Assembly: GCA_049599475.1 (NCBI GenBank)
Contig: JBMYOQ010000046.1
Span: 1 to 34,611, forward strand
DNA: 34,611 bases
Direction of reading: 5' to 3'
Origin: Opitutales bacterium
GTDB taxonomy: Bacteria > Verrucomicrobiota > Verrucomicrobiia > Opitutales > JABSRG01
A program made the translations under genes and the position numbers. Below the pieces are notes generated by a model. It worked only from the letters and a program-made list of their open reading frames with translations, was not told the DNA's origin and did not search any database. Positions 26,988 through 34,611 of this stretch are shown in pieces (positions within the stretch are counted from its first letter, which is position 1; every line of letters begins with the position of its first letter).

Positions 26988-27074
26988 GAGTTGTAGCCGC
27001 CCCACTCTGTTGGGGCATCTTTATGTGCATGACTGAAACGCTGGCACGGCAACAGAATACCGTGGCTACAACTC
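26988..27074. repeat. REPIN-like doublet 1 (two inverted GTAG-led REP hairpins)
   Basis: Outer inverted repeat GAGTTGTAGCC / GGCTACAACTC. The units read GTAGCC-GCCCCA-CTCTGT-TGGGGC and, on the minus strand, GTAGCC-ACGGTA-TTCTGT-TGCCGT. Confidence 0.7.
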
Positions 27075-27132
27075 AGCCTATCAAAATGACTGCGAAGAGA
27101 TATAAGCGGTTTCATAAGTGTTTTCGTTATTC

Positions 27133-27201
27133 AGGTAGAAGCCGACGACCCCGGCGGCTTTTCAGCACGCATTCGGCCGCCGGGGTCGTCGGCCGCTACC
27201 T
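27133..27201. repeat. REPIN-like doublet 2 (two inverted GTAG-led REP hairpins)
   Basis: The units read GTAG-AAGCCG-ACGACCCCGG-CGGCTT and, on the minus strand, GTAG-CGGCCG-ACGACCCCGG-CGGCCG. There is an 18-bp perfect inverted repeat at 27141-27158 / 27176-27193. Confidence 0.75.
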
Positions 27202-27311
27202 TTCGTTTCCGAATATACTTTTAGAAACAGTCTAAGCCTCTACTTGTAATATCTTTTCGGGGTTACGGGATCAATTCCTCCCACCTTTTAAACCATAAAA
27301 CCGATACAAAA

Positions 27312-28430
27312 TTACTGGCTCAGAAAATCGGCGCGATCCTCCAATACATCCACCAGCTCTGGCCGTGCCGTAATTCCAGCGTATTCACTCAACCAAACAG
27401 CCGCATTTGCTACAGTTTCTTTCGCTTGGTTGTGATTGGGAGCCTGTGAAGTTGTCACCAAATTATAGGACACATGATTACTGATAAGCGGATACAGCGA
27501 AATGATGCGCTGGGCCTCCTCGAAGGAGGTTCGAGGGTCCTCTAGGTGTGAGATCAAGCTAGCAGTCTCCGCGTCTGATGCTGGATTTGCTCGAGCGAAT
27601 GTTTGGGCCCTCAAACGATAGTCCACTTCCCAGAAACCATCACTGTTGCGCATTTCTTCTGTGGTCCACACATAGTCCTGCTGACTCCAGCGATCCAACA
27701 CCAGTCGTGCCGCATATTGGACCGATTCTTCTGCAGCCCCCGACTCCAGATTCATCAGAATCGGAGCCTGGTTCGAAGATGGATGCGCAACCGCTAAATC
27801 AAATCCGTGCAGATAGCCCGCGGTAGGTTCGGACAACCACTCAACCCGCGTCAGATGATGCACAATGGCGTCATACATATCAGCATCAACAGCCGGCTGA
27901 CGGCCCGACAGCCGAGACACGGTCTGCATGGCAACACTATGCAGCTCCGAATCATTCGAATTGCTCAACAGTCCCTGGGCCTCCTCTAGCGCAAATGCCG
28001 GATAAAACTCTGACAGCAGATTCAAGACGATAGCACGGGCACTGGTACCCGCTTGAAGATTCCCTGATCGATCAATCGTAAAGTCCGCAACCAAGCTGTC
28101 CGCTCCATCTAAGGAACCCCAAAGCTCTGAAAGTACCTTTGCGGCATCGTCATTATCATTCAAATACGCACGTAATGTCTTAACAGCATCCATTACCGCT
28201 TTTTCATTTTCAGCATTCAGGAGCTTATCCAACAGCGACTCTACCGAGGCGTCAGATGCGACAGCATCCTCCACATTCTCTGTTTTGGCTAATTCAACTG
28301 GGGTATGCGATAATTTCTGTAAATTCTCTTCTGTAGCTTGCGGCCCTTCATCCGACTCGAAAAATACGCGAACAAGGAGACCCAAAACGATCGCCAATAC
28401 CCCGATCCCAAGTAATTTTCTTCCGTCCAT
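27312..28430 (-). CDS. Membrane-anchored, predicted alpha-helical hypothetical protein
   Basis: N-terminal TM (LLGIGVLAIVLGLLVRVFF), an acidic linker and an Ala/Leu-rich helical body. Starts 20 nt after the protease stop. Confidence 0.7.
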   Translation of the reverse strand: MDGRKLLGIGVLAIVLGLLVRVFFESDEGPQATEENLQKLSHTPVELAKTENVEDAVASDASVESLLDKLLNAENEKAVMDAVKTLRAYLNDNDDAAKVLSELWGSLDGADSLVADFTIDRSGNLQAGTSARAIVLNLLSEFYPAFALEEAQGLLSNSNDSELHSVAMQTVSRLSGRQPAVDADMYDAIVHHLTRVEWLSEPTAGYLHGFDLAVAHPSSNQAPILMNLESGAAEESVQYAARLVLDRWSQQDYVWTTEEMRNSDGFWEVDYRLRAQTFARANPASDAETASLISHLEDPRTSFEEAQRIISLYPLISNHVSYNLVTTSQAPNHNQAKETVANAAVWLSEYAGITARPELVDVLEDRADFLSQ

Positions 28431-28450
28431 GTCGTGGGTTTTAAATCGCC

Positions 28451-31400
28451 CTACTCTCCACGAGTCGGCTCAAATGCGCTCCAAGAGTCGGAAGCAAAAT
28501 CATACAACCAGCAGTTTCCGGCATCATCGCAATATAGATAAACCCAAGCCCCACGACTCTGCAGATACACGTAGGGAAACGTATTCTCAGATGAATAGAC
28601 GTATCCTAGAGAGGGGAAATAGAGCCACGCATCATCTGCGGCAAATCCAGAAAAATCGAAATCAACACTCGCAAAAAAGATCCATCCATAGTCTGTCGAA
28701 TAAATCCAAGGATAATATGCGTGGGTGACTATTCCCATATCCGTATCCTCTGTTATCGCTTCAAAAGGCCCATCCATATAATTGCCATGGAAACTGATAT
28801 CGTCTCCTGACATATTTGTGGTGAGCAAATTTAAATGCATGGTTTTCAACGAGAACGGTTCTTCAGAACGATCCACGCGATCGTATATTTCCAGTAGCCT
28901 TGAGTCGCTTGCGTTGCTCAGCGCCACAGAGTCTTCAGCGAGCCATACATACTCCTCATGCTCAGAAAACTTGGCTTCGGAAACATCAAAAATCGTCGAA
29001 TACACCCCGCCGGAACTCGAAAGCGACCCCAGGGTGAAAACAATCTCTAGATCTCCTTCTGCGAGCTCGTTCACATCAATGATGCTCGTATTGTCGCTAT
29101 CTGCAAAGTCAGGATCGAAATCGTAAATACTGAATACACTCACGTCCCCCGTCTCAACATTCACCAGGCTAAATTTTCCATAATAAACGCCATCAAGACC
29201 TATGTATTGACTGCTTGGTGTGCTAAACAGGACGGTGCCATCGGTGGAATCCCAACTAATGGGATCGAATACGGACTCGGTGGTGGCGGCCTCCGTGTCC
29301 TCAAAATTTGCGACAACCGTTGAGACCTCCAGTGTAAAGGAATAACGGTCCACAAAATACAGATCATCCCCCGCGATAGCTAATTCTTCGGACGACACAC
29401 TCGACAAACGAGATGTATCGGTAGACTCAATACTCAGCGGCGATGAGTCTTTTCCAATATCTAGGCGCATCAGGTCGAGGTTATTGAAATACACGTTGTT
29501 AGCAAAAAGAAGCGTATCCCCAGCTTTCCCGATAAAACCATACGAGACTTCGGATTCAGTCAGAAGCCCTCCTACCACAACTTCGTTCGTCAAGCTTACG
29601 TTGCGACCATCAATTTCAATGTCTGCCAGATACATCTGGAAATAGTCCTCGGTTTCATCATGAGAATCCCAGATGGTATACAGAAGCTGATCAGGCTCAT
29701 CACCTTCCCCTGAGATCACAAGAGGCATCGATTCCGACTCAACAATCGAGGTAACTTCCAGGGACTCGTTGACCCACCTCACTTCATCTAGACTGCTATT
29801 ATAGTATAAAATCCCTTCATCCGCCAAAACGAGCTCTTGCGAATTCGATGATTCTCCCGACATAGAAAATGGCAGGTGCGCTTGGGGCACCACGTATGCA
29901 AACAAAGACGGGTCCAAGGTATAAGTATCGTAGCCTTTAGTCGACCAGCTAGGACGATATATTTTCACCATGCCCTCGGCCTCATCATACATCATCCGCA
30001 CCTGCTCCCCATAGCTCAGATCCACTTCCAATTCATCCACTAATACGCCAGATTTGTTATAGAGGCTAATCGCGGGATCCGATCGATAAGTATACAGATA
30101 GAGATAGAATCCATTTTCAAAACCAACATAGCTTGTACTGGTTTCTAGATTCTGAGAATCAGAATAGGACTTATATGCGGACTCAGTACTGTTGATTAGG
30201 CCATGATCTACAATTGCCAAATCCGAACCAATCGAGAAGGCATAAGAGTGGCCAGTGCCTGAGCTCGTATAAACAAACCCGTCAAGGATACTCGAATACT
30301 CTTTAAACGACGACACACGCTCCATCTCGAGCAATACCTCTGTATCCGTTTCGACATTATATGCGATCAGCCTATCTCCATCGGCATCGTATGCGACGAT
30401 CACCTCATCCTTAAGCTCAAGACTTCTGATCGTCTCAGAGAGTCGCACGTCGCGAGGCGCCTCATCCTTCCCATTTTCGAGGACTCTCAAAGTCTGTGAA
30501 TAATAGTTGGGCTCCGGGATGAAAAACAATTTTTGCCCAGCAAGAGCGGCATCGACGACGCCATACGTGCTATCAGGTGTGAGATCGTATCGGCTGACAG
30601 ACTCCGTCTTCTTGTTAAACCAGGCACTGTCTCCATCATCAAAAATTCTCACCACGTAGGTATCAGACTCCAGGGTGTATTGCCACATTTCTGGGCTCTC
30701 GATAGTAAAGGAATCGCCGTCGCTGCGCACACTGACTCCATCAATCGTACCCTCGATCCAAACTGTATAATTTCCGGTGCTATCGATACCATCGAGCACA
30801 ATTTCAGCGCCTTCTATCCTATACTCATTGTCACTGAGCCGCCGAGACTGTGAGAAGGAGCTAGAATTGGCACTGGAGAGCCACACACTGAGGGAATTTC
30901 CAGCCACATCCTGCACCGCAGACCCCATCTGGATACGGACTTCCCCGATAGGCAGATCTGAGCCCACATCGCCGTAATCCTCCACACCGATTACTGCTTG
31001 CCCACTGAAGAAGGCCTCTAGAATATCCGTCGCCATAGCTCGGACGCCCACCCAGCCAGCGGTGTAGTCTATATCGTCGATCGTTTGGAAGATCAAATCC
31101 TCGACTCCTGCATTCACCACTGCCGAGAGTTCCCACACACCATTGCGCTCAACAAACATCGGTGACCCGCTGGTCCCCGATGTCACAACGAACGCTGTGG
31201 TTTCGCTAAACTCTTCAGCGACCATCGACTCCGGGTAATCCTCGTCGAGACTATAGAAGATCTCACCGTCGCGAGGGCTGTCGTGGATCTTAAACGTCGG
31301 CTGACTCGAGGGAAAACCTTCCGGTGCCCACGGATACATACCTGGGGCATATCCGACGATCTGCTTGAGGCGCGAACTTTTTAAATCCGTAATCCCGTTG

Positions 31401-31900
31401 TAACTTACGTCTGGCAGAGGATTGTTGGTTCCGATCAAGTTGCTATTCGCACCAAAGATGGCGATATCGCTCGAAAAGGCCTCTATGGAATCGCCCCCAT
31501 AGCGCCGGACCAGCGATGAATAGCCACGGCTCCCAGTCAGGACCGAATGGTAGGTAATCGTCGAAGCATTTGATGGGATGCTATATGGAAAATCGTTGGA
31601 ATGGTAATTCGGTAAAAAGTGAAAGTCCGCGCTCTCGTAATAACCGTTGTTATCGTAGAAGTTGTGAGCTGCTGTGAGCCCCGTCTCATGGGAAAAAGCG
31701 ACTGATCCCGACCCCACCCAATAGCTGTAATAGGATTCACCACGAATCAATCCGACCCATCGAGCCAAGCCCGAGCGCGGATCGGAAACGGGTTCCATGT
31801 AGTTCTGCGCGAAACATGCGAGAGAGCTCCAAAAGAAGCAGTACACAAAAAATGACTTGGACGTAAACATAGGGAGAAGGCGGTTTCTCAAGATCAACAT
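28451..31900 (-). CDS. Large secreted trypsin-like (S1/V8-type) serine protease with an acidic beta-rich extension and Trp/Tyr-rich C-terminal domain
   Basis: Signal peptide. Catalytic-triad motifs LTAAHNFY (His), SSDIAIF (Asp) and SGTSGSPMF (Ser). C-terminal YYPWIYSTDYGWIF...WLYFPSLGYVY...FPYVYLQSRGAWVY. Alternative start at 31870. Confidence 0.8.
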   Translation of the reverse strand: MLILRNRLLPMFTSKSFFVYCFFWSSLACFAQNYMEPVSDPRSGLARWVGLIRGESYYSYWVGSGSVAFSHETGLTAAHNFYDNNGYYESADFHFLPNYHSNDFPYSIPSNASTITYHSVLTGSRGYSSLVRRYGGDSIEAFSSDIAIFGANSNLIGTNNPLPDVSYNGITDLKSSRLKQIVGYAPGMYPWAPEGFPSSQPTFKIHDSPRDGEIFYSLDEDYPESMVAEEFSETTAFVVTSGTSGSPMFVERNGVWELSAVVNAGVEDLIFQTIDDIDYTAGWVGVRAMATDILEAFFSGQAVIGVEDYGDVGSDLPIGEVRIQMGSAVQDVAGNSLSVWLSSANSSSFSQSRRLSDNEYRIEGAEIVLDGIDSTGNYTVWIEGTIDGVSVRSDGDSFTIESPEMWQYTLESDTYVVRIFDDGDSAWFNKKTESVSRYDLTPDSTYGVVDAALAGQKLFFIPEPNYYSQTLRVLENGKDEAPRDVRLSETIRSLELKDEVIVAYDADGDRLIAYNVETDTEVLLEMERVSSFKEYSSILDGFVYTSSGTGHSYAFSIGSDLAIVDHGLINSTESAYKSYSDSQNLETSTSYVGFENGFYLYLYTYRSDPAISLYNKSGVLVDELEVDLSYGEQVRMMYDEAEGMVKIYRPSWSTKGYDTYTLDPSLFAYVVPQAHLPFSMSGESSNSQELVLADEGILYYNSSLDEVRWVNESLEVTSIVESESMPLVISGEGDEPDQLLYTIWDSHDETEDYFQMYLADIEIDGRNVSLTNEVVVGGLLTESEVSYGFIGKAGDTLLFANNVYFNNLDLMRLDIGKDSSPLSIESTDTSRLSSVSSEELAIAGDDLYFVDRYSFTLEVSTVVANFEDTEAATTESVFDPISWDSTDGTVLFSTPSSQYIGLDGVYYGKFSLVNVETGDVSVFSIYDFDPDFADSDNTSIIDVNELAEGDLEIVFTLGSLSSSGGVYSTIFDVSEAKFSEHEEYVWLAEDSVALSNASDSRLLEIYDRVDRSEEPFSLKTMHLNLLTTNMSGDDISFHGNYMDGPFEAITEDTDMGIVTHAYYPWIYSTDYGWIFFASVDFDFSGFAADDAWLYFPSLGYVYSSENTFPYVYLQSRGAWVYLYCDDAGNCWLYDFASDSWSAFEPTRGE

Positions 31901-32032
31901 TTAAACATCACGCCTCTTCCCTTTGTGCCAGACAAATCGTCAAAAGCTCGTAAAAGAGCAGTCTAGCTGCCCAAAGATTAGGAACAAGCAAACTGCTCAG
32001 CGCGTTTCCTATTGAGACGAGTCAAGCTCGCC

Positions 32033-34495
32033 TCACTCAAAGGATCCAAAGGCTTCCTCAGCGTCCTTCATCGACGCTTTTTCTTCGGTGCCTTTCACGC
32101 CTCCATTGATCACCAGCGCGAGTTCTTCGATCGCCTCGTTCATACCAGCTACCTGATCACTGAGCTGAGAGGATACGTTTGCACTTTCTTCGGCACCAGC
32201 GGAATTCGTTTGAGTGACTTGATCAATCTGGTTCACCGCGGCACTCACCTGATCTATAGCGTTAGCCTGATCATTCGTCGCCGTAGCAATGCCCGAGATC
32301 AGCTCCGCGGTCTGAGACACTGATGTGACAATTTTCTCAAATCGTTCGGTCACCTCTTCTGCTATCTTTACACCCGCATCCGTTTTTTGAATAGACTTCT
32401 CGATCAAAGCCGACGTGTCTTTCGCAGCATCGGAAGAACGCATCGATAGATTGCGCATTTCCTCCGACACAACCGCAAACCCTCGGCCAGCCTCCCCGGC
32501 TCTAGCCGCTTCAACGGCTGCGTTAAGCGCGAGTAAATTTGTCTGGAATGCAATGTCGTCAATGAGGCTGATAATCTTCGCAGTCTCATCCGAGCTGGTT
32601 TGTATATCCTTGATCGACGTTGTCATTCTCGAGATCGCCTCCACGCCATCATCCGCGGCAGTTCCGGCTGCACTCGAGAGCTCATGTGCCTGCTGAGCAT
32701 GCCCCGCGCTCTGCTTTGTCATAGAAGACATCTCTTCCAAGCTAGATGACGTCTCTTCCAGACCTGCAGCCTGCTCAGAGGCTCCATCAGCAAGAGAACG
32801 TGCCGTTGCGTTGGCCTGATACATCGATTCATTCACCTGGCTTGATACATTCGATAGAGAATCAATAATCTTCCGAAGCGGGGCCACGACGCTCATGCTC
32901 ACAAATAGGCTAATGACAAAAGAAAGCGCTGCTATCGAAACTGAACCGATCGAGATGGTGGTCTGTGAGCGACTGGCATCGGTATCTGCCTTGTTTTTAC
33001 GCTCAGTCATCAAGACCTCCTCGCGTCCCACGAAGGTATCAATTTGCCCCCGAAAGCTATCGAAATAGGTCTTACCCCGTGCTTCTCCTACTACAGCAGC
33101 CATATCATTCATGGTTTTGGCGTCCCCGATACTGCGCCTCAAGTCGATTGCAGGCTGTATTACGAGCTTCTCCCACTCTCCGATATTGACCAAGACTTCT
33201 CCAAGAAGTTCGACCTGTGGAGGGTTATCACTGACGGTCTCTGCCAGGCCTTCGACCAGTCCACGAAACTCAGCCTTACCCGCGACGAAGGGCTCTAAGA
33301 ACTCTTCCCGACCAGCAAGTAAATATCCGCGTGCACCCGTTTCCATATTTACGGCAGCCTCCACGATCTTTTTGGCTTCGATGAGCACTTTATGCGTATG
33401 CCTGACCCATTCGGAAGTATTCTGGATCAATGCGGTATTCTCATTCCGTGCAATCACTGCATCAGCTGCAGCCTGCTTACGTTGTTCCATCAAGACTTCT
33501 TCTCGCTCAACGAATGTCGCGATCTGAGCCCGAAATTTATCAAAGTTTGTTTTGCCTCGCGCTTCTCCCACCATTTGGGCGATCTCATCCATGGTAAGCG
33601 TCCCATTCAGTACGTCCCTGCGTGCTGAGATAGCGGGCACTGTAATATTCGAAACCCAATTGGAAATATTATCGTTGATCTCGCCCAAAAGTTCTACCTG
33701 AGCCGGATTGTCGCTCACCGTTTCAGATAAAGCAGAAAGACCTTCAAAGAACCCCTTCTTGCCTGAGTCGTAGGGCTCTAAAAACTCATCCTTTCCCGAT
33801 AGCAAAAACCCCCGCATACCTGTTTCTATATCCACAGCATGCGCAATCAACGCTCTGGCCTCCGAGATCACATTATATGTGTGATTTACCCATTTAGTAC
33901 TATTTTGAATCAATGCATTGTATTCGGCATTTTTCTCAAAAGCTTCCTCAGCGGCCTGTTGTCGTTCAATTAAGAGTGTCTCTTCCCTAGAGACGAATGT
34001 GTTCATCTGTCCACGGAACTTATCAAAATATTTTTTACCCCGTCCTTGCTGAACCAAGCGTGCCATATCATCCATCGTCTCAGCATCCCCAATTTCACGC
34101 CTCAACTGTATCGTAGGTTCCACGACATCGGCGACCCATGCTTGTATCGTCGCGTCGATTTCTCCTAGGAGTTCAACCTGTGCCGGATTATCACTTACAG
34201 TTTTCTTTAAGTCTTCAATCCCTGCAGAAAAGGCTTTTTGCCCTCCGTTATACGGCTCCAAGAACTCTTCCTTACCGGCGAGCAGATATCCCCTCATTCC
34301 GGTCTCCATATCGATTGCAGACCCCAAGACGTTCTGTGCTTTTTCGATTACGGTATGCGTGTGATCCACCCAATGACTCGAGTCCAAAAGAGACTGGATA
34401 CTGCGATAAGAAGTCACTCCCAGTGCAACAAAGAGCACGAGCGGCAAACAGTTTCCGAGAATGAGTTTTAGGCGTAGGTCTAATTTTCGTTTCAT
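32033..34495 (-). CDS. Methyl-accepting chemotaxis protein with three tandem CHASE3 sensor domains
   Basis: TM1, three repeats of WVxHTxxV...ETGxRGxLLxGxxEFLEP...VSDNPxQVELL...GKxxFDxFR, TM2, then the signalling hairpin [32 protein letters not shown] at 34495 is preferred over TTG at 34513. Confidence 0.95.
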   Translation of the reverse strand: MKRKLDLRLKLILGNCLPLVLFVALGVTSYRSIQSLLDSSHWVDHTHTVIEKAQNVLGSAIDMETGMRGYLLAGKEEFLEPYNGGQKAFSAGIEDLKKTVSDNPAQVELLGEIDATIQAWVADVVEPTIQLRREIGDAETMDDMARLVQQGRGKKYFDKFRGQMNTFVSREETLLIERQQAAEEAFEKNAEYNALIQNSTKWVNHTYNVISEARALIAHAVDIETGMRGFLLSGKDEFLEPYDSGKKGFFEGLSALSETVSDNPAQVELLGEINDNISNWVSNITVPAISARRDVLNGTLTMDEIAQMVGEARGKTNFDKFRAQIATFVEREEVLMEQRKQAAADAVIARNENTALIQNTSEWVRHTHKVLIEAKKIVEAAVNMETGARGYLLAGREEFLEPFVAGKAEFRGLVEGLAETVSDNPPQVELLGEVLVNIGEWEKLVIQPAIDLRRSIGDAKTMNDMAAVVGEARGKTYFDSFRGQIDTFVGREEVLMTERKNKADTDASRSQTTISIGSVSIAALSFVISLFVSMSVVAPLRKIIDSLSNVSSQVNESMYQANATARSLADGASEQAAGLEETSSSLEEMSSMTKQSAGHAQQAHELSSAAGTAADDGVEAISRMTTSIKDIQTSSDETAKIISLIDDIAFQTNLLALNAAVEAARAGEAGRGFAVVSEEMRNLSMRSSDAAKDTSALIEKSIQKTDAGVKIAEEVTERFEKIVTSVSQTAELISGIATATNDQANAIDQVSAAVNQIDQVTQTNSAGAEESANVSSQLSDQVAGMNEAIEELALVINGGVKGTEEKASMKDAEEAFGSFE

Positions 34496-34558
34496 TTTTG
34501 TCTTTTGTGGCAATGAGTTAGGGAAAGTTATAGATCGTATTTAAGCGTGATCACAAAG

Positions 34559-34611
34559 TGTCGGTTTGCGGTTAAAATGCACCAGTAATTTGCGGGTGAA
34601 AGTGCACCATT
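34559..34611 (+). mobile_element. Terminus of an IS21-family insertion sequence (truncated by the window edge)
   Basis: Begins TGT and carries two tandem imperfect repeats, TTTGCGGTTAAAATGCACCA (34565-34584) and TTTGCGGGTGAAAGTGCACCA (34589-34609). This is the multi-repeat end layout typical of IS21 elements. No transposase lies in the window. Confidence 0.65.

Noticed and set aside
26940..27235. CRISPR array, or the 83-aa ORF at 26984-27235
   Set aside because: The repeats are inverted doublets, not regularly spaced direct repeats with unique spacers, and no cas genes are present. The ORF merely runs across the REP hairpins.
32950..34400. Assembly artefact causing the CHASE3 triplication
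   Set aside because: The three copies differ at many synonymous and non-synonymous positions, so they are not collapsed or duplicated reads.

Overview
A 34.6 kb bacterial chromosomal window, probably from a marine Verrucomicrobiota (Opitutales-like) organism. That assignment is an inference from the PEP-CTERM protein, the DUF5060- and DUF3500-like proteins, two PVC-type C-terminal tails and a chemoreceptor. From left to right: (1) a tRNA-Ser 3'-end fragment inside a short structured repeat, followed by a terminator. (2) An accessory-looking ~9 kb block: a two-gene operon (exported orphan protein plus a red-algal/cyanobacterial-type vanadium haloperoxidase) transcribed divergently, across a perfect 8-1-8 palindrome, from a hybrid histidine kinase / orphan / NarL-LuxR regulator operon, then a signal-peptide-bearing phage tail-collar protein and a membrane orphan. 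(3) A minus-strand run of exported, mostly glycan-related proteins: a multidomain beta-helix lyase-like protein, a PQQ-like propeller protein, a second beta-helix protein, an HExxH protein, and DUF5060- and DUF3500-like proteins. (4) A Bacteroidetes-style hybrid two-component system split by one in-frame TAA, then a 21-bp-periodic direct repeat and a PEP-CTERM gene. (5) Two GTAG-type REP doublets (REPIN-like) with compensatory stem changes. (6) A large trypsin-like protease with a membrane-anchored partner. (7) A chemoreceptor with three tandem CHASE3 domains. (8) The start of an IS21-family terminus at the right edge. The best candidate for an undescribed system is the signal-regulated haloperoxidase module. 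All calls come from motif recognition by eye; no database searches were run.
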